A stretch of 64,000 nt of DNA from Lama glama (taxonomy: Eukaryota), in the NCBI GenBank assembly GCA_028534125.1, contig CM052832.1, positions 22,880,001-22,944,000 of the forward strand, given 5' to 3'. Position 1 is the first letter of the stretch; each line of letters begins with the position of its first letter. Below, in pieces: positions 53,276 through 64,000 of this stretch. Both the position numbers and the translations under genes were made by a program. Below the pieces are notes generated by a model. That model was given only the letters and a program-made list of their open reading frames with translations. It did not search any database and was not told the DNA's origin.

Positions 53276-54711
53276 AACTTTCTCCTTCATCTAACTATAT
53301 AAAAGTTTTGATAGTCTAGCTCATGCCTAAGCCTGATTTTCTGATATTTACCTTGTCTCTATTCCCAAGAACACCTTTCAAAATTCAATTTTTTATCTAT
53401 GAAGTGAGAATTCTGATATTTTCTTTTTTGCTTTCAAAGTATTTTGAGGCTCAATTTCGAATGCCATGGATAGATGGAGCACACACAAAACACATACTTC
53501 TAGATACACACTTCTATATAATTATATACACCCTTTAAATTAATCAAGCAGGTATTAGCAAATATTAATTGTCTCATTAAGATTCCTGTTAGCCGGAGCA
53601 AAAGTCAGGGATCCTTGAGAAATCTAACTGAATCAAGTTAATTGTAATTCTTCCTTGGGGTTTTACTGTAACTCCTAAGTTGACTGTAATATTCAACATT
53701 TTGTACAGTGTTGAGATTCCTGAAATGAGTTATACTTAAATGCTCATGAAAGGCCTGACCACAAAGACAAAGCCTATTGTACTGTATTTTCTTTCCCTGT
53801 GCTCTACCCGCAACCTCTTCCCATCCTCAATATTTACTCCAACTTCTTTCTCGCTTTATATTTTTCTTTAGTTTTCTGTGGGTGTGCTTGAAGTGTATTT
53901 ATTATACTATCTCTTTATTAACCAGATTTGTGTTATAAGGTTCTTGTCCTTTTAAGCCATCTTGGTGAGAGAGTGTAACCAGGGAGAAAGGACGTGTGTT
54001 CTAGAATCAGTACGAATTCTAGGCCTTTCACTTACTCACTGTATAATTTTGGCAAAGGCAAACTTGTATTAATTATTATTTTCTCAGGTACAGAGGTGCA
54101 ACAGCCCTAGTGTCATAGTCAATATACACAGGGGAGTAACCAATATAGCAGGTGTAAATAAGACCACTTTACATCCAGTGAGTTCTCTGGGGATGTATCT
54201 ATTTATACAGCATCCAATATGGATTTAAGCAACTTTGAAAAAGATCTTTATGTAAGTAATTGTGAGTTTTTAACTTATTTTTTTGACAAAGGCTGTTTTG
54301 TTACTTTTACTTACTCTTTTAATGGTCAATGTGGCCTTGAATGGGCACTCTTCAAGAAAGGTCATTCAAGCACTGTCTCTTCCGTTTATTAGCTAAGTGA
54401 CATTAGACAAACCATTTAATTTTCTGAATATGTTTCCTCACATTTGTGAAATCAAAGAGTTGGAAAAGACCACCTCTACGGTGTTTCAGCTCTGAAAACT
54501 CTAATTTTTCTTTACTAGAATAAAATACTAACTTCTCTTAATGATAAGGTGTTCAAATCAAGCTGTACAATAGCTTATTCACAAATTCAATTTGATAAAA
54601 CACACAGTACTTAGAAAAAAAGTATTCAGATTACACTATTAAGAATCTTTTATTATTGATCTTGAGTTGGTTGATATTAATACTTATCACTGTTTTGTAC
54701 TTAAGCTGCCA

Positions 54712-55210
54712 NNNNNNNNNNNNNNNNNNNNNNNNNNNNNNNNNNNNNNNNNNNNNNNNNNNNNNNNNNNNNNNNNNNNNNNNNNNNNNNNNNNNNNNNN
54801 NNNNNNNNNNNNNNNNNNNNNNNNNNNNNNNNNNNNNNNNNNNNNNNNNNNNNNNNNNNNNNNNNNNNNNNNNNNNNNNNNNNNNNNNNNNNNNNNNNNN
54901 NNNNNNNNNNNNNNNNNNNNNNNNNNNNNNNNNNNNNNNNNNNNNNNNNNNNNNNNNNNNNNNNNNNNNNNNNNNNNNNNNNNNNNNNNNNNNNNNNNNN
55001 NNNNNNNNNNNNNNNNNNNNNNNNNNNNNNNNNNNNNNNNNNNNNNNNNNNNNNNNNNNNNNNNNNNNNNNNNNNNNNNNNNNNNNNNNNNNNNNNNNNN
55101 NNNNNNNNNNNNNNNNNNNNNNNNNNNNNNNNNNNNNNNNNNNNNNNNNNNNNNNNNNNNNNNNNNNNNNNNNNNNNNNNNNNNNNNNNNNNNNNNNNNN
55201 NNNNNNNNNN
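54712..55210. other. Assembly gap (499 N)
   Basis: Run of N. Confidence 1.
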
Positions 55211-55414
55211 NAAAGTCATCCAAAATGTGTTATTTCAATTCAGTGTCACACGACTTGTATGTCACTTTGATTCATATTTCATTGCCCCCAACAGGTGTGA
55301 TATGCACACCTAATTCCAGGTGGGCAGAGAAGTGGAATTCTACCACGTGCCTGGAAGAACAGAACTGAAATATCTGCAAACAATCCCATTAAATACAACA
55401 CAGTGATTCTTGGA

Positions 55415-55600
55415 TTTTAGTGTGCTTAAAATTATCAGAGAAACTTATTAAAAACCAGGTGTCTGACTGGGTTCCACTACTAAAGATTCTGATTCATTAA
55501 CTCTGCAGTGGGCTCAAGGAATAGGGCGGTTTCAGAAACTCTTCCAGTAATTCTGAGGCAGGTGGCCCGAGGACTTCACAAGGAGGACCACTTTGGTTAA
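55415..55600. mobile_element. MER5-like MITE
   Basis: aagattctgattcattaactctgcagtgggctcaaggaat...ccagtaattctgaggcaggtgg. Confidence 0.55.
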
Positions 55601-56459
55601 AATTTGAGTTCCCAAAGGACAGAATTCAAAATGATGTCTCAGGAGTTAAGCATCATCATAGTTAATTCATCAAATAACTGTTTCCTGATATAAATGTCTA
55701 ATACCGTAATAGGGGTGTTAGGCATCATGAGTTGCTACGCAACACAGGGAAGCAAATAAGGATTCAGTTCAACTGGGTTTGGGGAATTAGCTGCAGAGGC
55801 AGATCATGAAGCAGTAATCAGGTGTTTTCAGCCTTACTTCCTCTTTATAATCACACTATTTGGGAGGGAGAAACTAGCATTATTATCATTATGTTCCCCA
55901 CCTCTGTATTTTACAGATGAAAAGACTAAGGCTCAGGAAGTTTACATAATTGCCCAAAAAAACAGATATTCCATGGTGGTACTGAGGTTTTCTAACTTCA
56001 GGTAGTATTGTGAACTGACAAAGACTACAAGTATCGCCTACATGTCGAAATACATATAACACACTTAGTAGATATCCAGTCTGAGTCTATCAAGGGCCCA
56101 TGCTTTATTTTTTACCCTTATTCTTACCACAGCATCTAGAACACATTTGGCACTCTATAAACACTTCTTGACTAAAGAACTATATCACTTTGTAACGTAA
56201 AAAAAACAGATAATAGACCCAGTTGGCTTTACATAAAGAATGAGCAGTGAATAGTGATAGTTTTGTTTTTTGGGGTTTTTGTTTTTTGTTTTTTTTTAAA
56301 GTAGAACTGAAACAACCAAAGAAATTCTATTTTAGTAAAATGTTGATCTCTTTCTATTCTCTCTTCCCCTGGAAGTTCTTTGAAATCTCTGTCAGTGGAG
56401 TTTGTTGACTCCAAAATTACATTTTTGTTGCTTTGAAGCACTAGCATGCTTGAATGTTT

Positions 56460-56760
56460 ACCACTCACATCCAGCAAAAAAAAAGTGTTTTCTTTTTTAG
56501 GTAAGATCAGGCAAAGAGGTACTGAATGAATAACACTTGATTGGGAATGGTAAATAACCATGTAATTAAACTGTAAACACTGTGTGTGGTGATTTTAATG
56601 TAATTTGAGGACTTGTAAATTACATGGTCATAAAATGGCACTTGGGCTTATGCTTTACAAAAATATCCATGTTTGTATGAGATTAATTAGTGTAGTTTGC
56701 ATAAAAGACACTGAGTAAAAACACTTTCAGATCATTCTCATTTTTAAGGTTTTCTTATTA
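56460..56760. promoter_or_regulatory. CNE/enhancer-like AT-rich block dense in forkhead and homeodomain motifs
   Basis: GGTAAATA 56549, TGTAAACA 56572, GTCATAAAA 56627, ATGTAATT x3, TAATTA, TTTGCATA; no repeat recognised; conservation not tested. Confidence 0.5.
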
Positions 56761-57299
56761 TAAGGCCTCCTTGAAGGTTTTTTTTTTTTTCTCCTCTCTC
56801 TGGTCTTCAAGAAATTATTACCATTGTCCACAGATTTCTGTCACTAAAAATTGATCTGTACACGGCAAGTAGTTGATGGGCTTAAGCTGTGCTTATAAAT
56901 TTTATTTTAGTTCTTGAAATGGGTTGGCCATTTTACAAACTGATCTCATGGTTACTTCCTTGGTTCAATTTATGGATGATGCCCAAATGGGGCTCTTTTT
57001 TGTTCTTGGTGTTTTGTGTATCATTCTATAAATCACAGACACCAAAGTTCCAGGAAAATAACCAGGGCAGAGTGGCCATTTGTGCTCCTACCCCTTTAGA
57101 AGGTTTGGCCCAGGAAACGTCTTCCTCTGGTGTGTGTGGTGGTAACTGTAGGAGACCCAAGATGACCTTACCATCTGAGGCAGCCCTTCTGTTTTTCCAT
57201 CTCCAGAAAACTCTTTCAGTCTACACACTCAGACTGAAGCTACCACGGTACTGCTGGGAATTCTCAGAGGTCTAGGTCACGGTGAAACAATGATAGAGG

Positions 57300-57540
57300 T
57301 GATGATGATGTACACTCTGTAATCAGTGACTGTTTTCCAGATGCTCTGTTAAGTGCCTTTTAAGCATCACCTCATCTAACCCTGAAAACAATGCTATTAA
57401 GGTAATATTATTCTCAATTTATGTGCAAGAAAACTGAAATGTAAAGAGGTTAAATAATTTATCCAACATCACAAAGCTACGCAGTGACAAGGTTAAGGAC
57501 AACACTGGTTTGTCTGACTCCAAAGCCCTTGCTCTCAATC
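57300..57540 (-). mobile_element. MIR SINE
   Basis: cctcatctaaccctgaaaacaa...gaaaactgaaatgtaaagaggttaaataatttatccaacatcaca...tgtctgactccaaagccc. Confidence 0.85.
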
Positions 57541-60500
57541 TTTCTTACATTGCTGTAGTAAATTAGGGCCAAGGATCCTTTGAAACTCTTTGTCCAGCCC
57601 AGTTTCAAGTCTTTTTGCATCAGATACCTCATGCCTTAGGTGGATTACTTTTTTAGCCAAAATAGAGTTAGGTAAGAGACAAGAAGGCACTGCTACTGAA
57701 TTGCACATCTCACACATAATGAGCCAACATTCCTGATTTGGAGTAGTTTTACATCTATTTGTATTTCACATAGATTTTGGCTATATTAGAAATATGCCAG
57801 TCTGTTGCAGAACTCCAGTTACTTATCTTCACAAGAGTTGGGGGAGAGACTACGTGACATTCTGGGACAGCGGGGTATGCCACCACAAACCACCTCTGGG
57901 GATCCAAGATATATGGAAAGACTTTCAATAGGAGGGGAAGCACTGTGTGATGGAGTAGTGGCTGGAATGCCTGCTCATATAATCTGGGAACATGAATCTA
58001 AATTATCATGTGGTCTTAAAACACAAACACAAAGGTCATGAAACGCATACACAAAGGAGACACAGCACTGGCCATGGTCCTACCATGCTGGATATTTGGT
58101 CATTTCACTCAAACTTCCCATTTTTCATCATGATGACTACCTTGTAAGCTTGAAGCAGGTATTAATTTCTAAATGCGTGGTTATTAATGCATTGCAAAAA
58201 ATATGACATAAGGTGGTAGAGTTCAATAAACCAAAGTATTCACTCAATTCATTACAGCAAACAAACAATTGAACAAAGCCAAACATATTGTAAAGGAAAA
58301 TCAGAGAGCTGAAGCAGGCCACAGATTTCTAATTCCACCTGTATATTCAGCATTTTGAACACCAATTAGTTGTCAGACATCTTGTTAGATCCTGAGAGCA
58401 CAAACATGAATAAAATATAAATTCAGTTTTGTTCATAGAGAACATGTTGATCTTGGTTCCGTAGTAACTGTTACTCACATATCGCATGGTCATAAATTTC
58501 AATAAATTGGGAACAGTCCGTGAGCATGATTTTTAGCACAGGTGGAGCTAATTATAGAGGGTTATTTTGATTTGGACAGCAACGTTACCCGCCCTTTCTC
58601 TGATCATGAAACTTCGGTACAAGATTCAACATACTTTCACCTCCCACATATCGTTAGTTATTAAGTCCAGCTGCTTCCTTCTCTGTAATACACTTAAAAA
58701 TACCCTTCCTTTTTTAGGCTTTGCCACCACGTCCTTTTTCTAGACCTCAATGACCTTGTTCTATCAAACTGAAGCTGATAAAATAGCATCACAATGTGCA
58801 AAACACCAGATTTTCTCCAATTTTGTAATTGCAAATGTGCCAAAGAAGAGTTTTGTTCTTTCCTTTTGCTCTTAGCCAGTGAACCTGTCACCCTTTTTAA
58901 ATTCCGAAGAAGAGTATCACTTTTCGATATGTTACAAACACTTAGCTTTTGCTCACTGAAGCAAAATTTTCAAGTATTTGATTCTTTCTCAGATTATTGT
59001 ACTCCTAGGTAAATTAAATGTCAATGTGAGGGATAGCTTCACCCACTTCTGTAGCTGGCTTTATTCAATCCGAAGAAGTCATCAGGGAACAGCCAGCACA
59101 GCAAAATGTGCATGACAAGGCGGGCTTTCTATCACACGCCAAAGCCTTTCTACCATCATTAAGGCTGGTTTACAGGCTTCTCCCCTGATGCCTGTGCCCT
59201 GTCCAACCAGAAATTCCAAAGATGAGCTAGTAATATTCAGCAGATTTCAGAAACAGGATTGAGTAAAATCCTACCTTCAGGTATTACCCAGAAAGGAAAC
59301 ACTTGCTTTGGGTAACACCAAATGAAGCAGGCAATTCATTAAAAAAAATCTTTATTTATCACACAATACAGCTAAGTGCCACATTTTCTTGGACTGTTAA
59401 AAATTAAAGAGAAAGCAAAAGGACCAGAAACTTGGGGACCAGATGGGATGAAAGAAAAAATGTAGCAAAGGGAAAGAGGAACAGGCTCTTCTCCCTAAAA
59501 ATCTCCCATGGGGCTTCCTTTCAGCATAATCATCTCTTCCCTACTGTCCTCCCCGCCCCTTCCCACAAGATCAAGGGTCAGTGAGGGGAGACCCCAGCTG
59601 GTTCTCCCTGAGAACCCAGGTAGCACAGCTGCACATTCCAGCCAGACTGAAGCTGAGCTCAGCTCAGACTTGTTAGTGCTAGAGCCGCTGCCAAGACCCC
59701 TCTGTGTGGGCAGGAGCTCAGATCACCTCCAAGCGGGTGTGACAGATCAGTCCATCAATAGAGCGTAAACAGAGCTGCTCATCAATTCTCCCCATCCTTC
59801 TCCTTCAGTCCTGCACTCCTGGGGGATGTACTGGAAGCGAAGGTACATCATCTACTAAACATTCCAGGTTCATGTTTAAGAAAGTCGGGTTCTTAGTGGG
59901 ACGCAGTCTGCCTGAAGCAAGGTTCCCGGACCTGTCACAGCCACAGGCAGCTGCAGAGAAGCGCGTGCTGGGAGGAAAGGGTTCCTCATTCACAGAAGGA
60001 CCCAGGCTCCAGGAGGCTGCAAGTTCTTCTCTGGTCATTCTCCAACCTGGTTTCCTTCATGGCTTGTCCCTCAGGACCAGAGAGTTTGAAACTAAGTGAA
60101 TCAGAAATAGGCAATGGGCTCGCAGTTGGAAATATTCTTAAGTAAAAAAATAGCAGAAATAAGCCCTTTTACGTATTGCTACTTCCTGAAGAAATAGGAA
60201 GGGACATAATCAAGAAAATGTGTTTCCTCACTGAAAGCCAAAGCATTAAATATCCAAATGTAGGATATTTTTTGATAGAAAGAACACAATATTTTTTAAT
60301 CTACTAGCTTATAGATCTATCACACACATACCTCTGCATAAATTTCACAACATGAGAGCATCTAAGACTCACCATAAAAAACCTAAAACGTTAAATCCTG
60401 AAGGGTTCTTAAGGTTTACCTATTTAGAGATAAAGCTGCTGCCAACTACTTATATTTGTGGGACGTTCTCTTCCTACAAACATAAGCTCTTGGAACTTTG

Positions 60501-61665
60501 GTATGAAGAGAAATTCCAAGGTTTGGGAGGAAAGCAGTATGTTTTGAAATTGACTTTGTTCAAAACACTTAGCGTAATTCAGTGATCCATGAAGGAGAGC
60601 CATGTCTGGGAACCGAACCAAGTTCTCCCACCAAACAAACTGGAGATGCAATCTGGTCTGTTGACACTGAAGGAATATACCACTTTTTCCACTGTGAGCA
60701 AAATTAGACCATTTCTGAGGCAAAATTAGACTCTCAGGCAGCATGATCTAGTCAGAACAGACCCAGATTCTCACCAGCTGCTGCTGGTGTTATTGCCATC
60801 CCTGGGCCAATAAGAAAGCATACTGCTGAATTTGAAATGCTCCTTGTCCGTCTCTGGACTGCTATTCTGGCCACTCTGAGGATAGATAGCTGATTTTGAA
60901 AATGCTTCACATCAAAACGAATCTCACATTAGCATGCACTTCATGTTCATAACTATATTACCCTAAGTAGATTTTTAATATTTTATTATAATTAGTAGAT
61001 GTAGCTTTGTGCCCCTCTCAAAACTAAACTTTTCTTTTATTAACCCCAGCTGTTCTGATTCTGCAGCAAAACTAACTCATCAGGGAAAGTAATAAACTAA
61101 TCAACCAAACAGTACTTACTGAGCATTTACAGAGCTCATGCCAGAGCTGTCCATGGTCAGGCATCCTGGGGTCCCCACCACTGCCCGGGCAGTCACAGGG
61201 CTGGGCAGCTGAGCTTTCTGCGACCCTGGGTCCTGGGTCAAGAGTTGGCTCATTGCAGCCACTTGGTGAATATTTGATCAGTGAATGAAAGACTTGATAT
61301 TTGTCTCCACAATCTCCTTACATTACCTTATTTATGGGCCAGTTGGAATAATGTATAAATCTCAAAGGCCACTTCTTTCCCTCTGGCTCTAAACATAGAT
61401 CAGAAACAAGTCTGACCAACCATCTGTGCAACAGATTCCTCTGGGCATCATTCTGGTCTTCAATTGTTCTCTCACCTTACCGCTGATGGGTGAAGGAAGA
61501 TGAAATGGATTTTCTCTATTTCTGCAAGATTATACCTCTCCCCTTATCACAGAGACCCCATATTGGTCCTTGAAGCCTCATTTTGGGATGTGACCCATAT
61601 CAGAGATCCTCCACTTTCCACTGGCATGATGTGAACATAGGTTAAATGTAAGGACCTTGAACTCC

Positions 61666-61803
61666 CAGTAATTTTTACCCTAGGGTCCATATATAGGCTT
61701 CAAAGAGTACAGGACCCTCTGAAATTTTAAGTCCATTTTTTTTTCTGCAATGAGAACCCACAGCTTCACTAGATTCTCACACACACAATATTAAAACCTA
61801 TCG
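61666..61803. mobile_element. hAT-Charlie MITE (MER103-like)
   Basis: gggtccatatataggcttcaaagagtacaggaccctctgaaatt...cacagcttcactagattctca. Confidence 0.55.
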
Positions 61804-62826
61804 CCTTACAAGTTAACAGTGTGTCTGATCAAGACCAACTTTGTGCCTGAAAGACAACTAGAATCTGTGAAAGAAAACCCTGTGTCCTGACACCATGTGC
61901 TTACTTTCTAGCTAGAAATACGACTAATTCACAAACACTAGCTTATATATCTCTTTTAAAAAGGAGTATTCCCTTTATCAGAGTCACCAAACTTCTCTTT
62001 ACATTGTGATCTTTTATGTCTGGCCTATGACCCAGATTATAAAAATATTCCAGCATGCTTCTTAGGAAGCCATCTGATAAAAGCAAAGGCTGTGTCTAAG
62101 TCTTTGTCTGACACATTGGATGCACTCAATTATCTGTTGACTAAATGAATACGCTAAAAAGGGCAGGAGGTGCATCTGCAGTGCTGTGATTGCTTCCAAC
62201 TTGCACGGAAAGATGCGTGACAAATAAAGTTCTGGGATTCATTTTCATATTTTCTGCAAAGATCTCATATTGAAATAAGGAGCTGATCCGCTAAATTTCA
62301 CAATTATAAATGGGAGTTGTTTGTATTATACATGACTTTCCAAAAGCAATGGTCTGAGTGTTTTTCAGTAATTTATGGACTAAATATACATAAAAACAGA
62401 AGACACAAAATAAAAGATGAGGAATGATCAATGACTGAAAACTATCACTACTGCAGAGAGGAGCTTTAGAAGCCATCAGCGTTCTATCCATTCTAAACGC
62501 TTTTGCTCTATTGTTTAAAAATAGATACAGTACACTGGAACTAGGTTTCTACTATTCCACTAAACTTAGGTCGAATTTTGAACGCCATGGCATAGACAGA
62601 TACAAAAAACTGTGAGAGCCAATATAAAGCAAGCCATAAAGACGATTTAATTTTTTCAAAATCCAAATAAAGGTTATGAAACCAGAAAAACGTGAATAGA
62701 GGATTAATAACAAATCTTCAGGTACATCAACATTCCCACTTAGAGACTACAAACCTACTCTCCCCTTCAACAGCCAGGGAAGAATAGATGGACTAACCAG
62801 CAGTGTGAAGAAATTAGCTGAAGAAA

Positions 62827-63080
62827 TTACTGGGGGGAAAGGGGGTGGGAAGGGATAAACTAGGAATTTGAGATTTGCAGATACTAACAACTATATGTAA
62901 AATAGATCAGCAACAGGTTTCTACTGTGTAGCACAGGGAACTACATTCAATGTCTTGTGGTATCCTATAGTGAAAAAGAGTTTGAAAGGGAATATATATG
63001 TGTGTATATGTATGACTGAAACGTAATGCTGTACATCAGAAATTGACACATTGTAAACCAACTGTACTTCAACTTAACAA
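62827..63080 (+). mobile_element. Short 5'-truncated L1 3' UTR, camelid-type
   Basis: ggggaaagggggtgggaagggataaa...gagatttgcagatactaac...tagcacagggaactac...cagaaattgacacattgtaa; TSD aagaaatta. Confidence 0.9.
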
Positions 63081-64000
63081 AAGAAATTAGACGAGACGTA
63101 AATAAGGGTTATCAGACTACTAGGTATCTCCTGAAATGTCTCATCACAAAGAAAAAACTGGGCAAGTTCTCTCCTCAAGGACTTCAGAGACCAGATCCAT
63201 TTTAGCAAGACTGAATTTGTGATCTCTCGTCTCCTATGTCATCCCAGTGGGTTGTTAATCTAATAGAAATGAACAAGGAATAAAATTCTCTCCAGTAATA
63301 GGAGAATTTCCTTTTTTTGTTCTCACTGATGTAATTCCTTTAAAATGTATGGCAATCATTAAAAGAATTTAACACAGAAGCAATCTGCTGGTCCCTCAAA
63401 GCGTGATCCCATATACACCAGAGGTGAAAACCTGATTTCTTATTTCTACACTGTGGCCCAAATAGCTTATCTGGTTTTCTGCGGGTATGATCGTTGTATT
63501 TCTGAGATTAGAGGTGCCCTGCAGCAAAAGGCAATTAACTGAATGATGAGTCTTGCTAATGTACGGTGCCTGTACGGACAGCAAAGATAACTTAATATGC
63601 ATCTGATGTCTGTTCATTTATCATCTCCGCCACTCAATTTTCAAAATACAATGACTTCTGAATCAATGGCCAAATACTTGAGAAAATATATTTTAACAAT
63701 TTTATGAAAGAACAAGCTATTTGTACCTAAAACTATTTAACCAGTTAAACTTTATTCAGTATACTATAAACCTTTCACTATACTATGGTAACTTAAGGAT
63801 TGCATTTTCAATGGTCTATTTATATAAAGTTTAGTCTATTTGCCATTACAACCATGGCTTTTCTTCTTTCATTTTAAGCCAGGTAAGAACTTAAGAGAAG
63901 TTAGTGTTTAAAGCCCTTGTGGAAGATGTTTAAACCAGCCTCACCATGCAAGCAAAACTATCTCACCTTTAAATTCTCCCAAGAGGAGGCAGCACATCCA

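Noticed and set aside
21300..55368. Longest ORFs in the track (172-233 aa at ~21.3 kb and ~54.7 kb)
   Set aside because: Artefacts of translating N gaps.
59280..59320. Imperfect hairpin ggtattacccaga...tttgggtaacacc
   Set aside because: Too short for a pre-miRNA, with no other support.
63855..63890. Second polyY-CAG|GTAAGA recursive-like motif
   Set aside because: A competing AG lies 4 nt upstream and there is no supporting context; plausible by chance.
1..64000. CRISPR arrays, operons, rRNA/tRNA genes, processed pseudogenes, NUMTs
   Set aside because: None recognised by eye. The window is ordinary repeat-rich mammalian DNA, though a highly diverged pseudogene could be missed without BLASTX.

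Overview
This is AT-rich, CpG-depleted placental-mammal genomic DNA, either intronic or intergenic, with three assembly gaps. The L1 3' UTRs look cetartiodactyl. I saw no CHR-2, Bov-tA, PRE1, Alu or B1 SINEs, which suggests a camelid (inference). I found no intact protein-coding gene, RNA gene or CRISPR array. The ORF track is chance ORFs, ORFs spanning N gaps, or decayed L1 ORF2 pieces. Much of the window is old interspersed repeats: MIR, L2, L1M/L1ME, three younger 5'-truncated L1s with TSDs, MaLR and ERVL LTRs, and Charlie, Tigger, Tc2 and Tip100 DNA transposons, often nested. Family names come from recalled consensus sequences, not an alignment. The repeat-free islands carry the notable signals: a well-formed 77-nt minus-strand exon (13014-13090), a 120-nt non-coding plus-strand exon candidate (42972-43091), a small CpG-rich promoter-like patch (~44.5-45.0 kb), an AP-1/ETS cluster (~46.3 kb), and a CNE-like block at ~56.5 kb that begins with a recursive-splice-like YAG|GTAAG junction. 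I could not identify the host gene. Nothing here amounts to a demonstrable new biological system; the findings are hypotheses to test.
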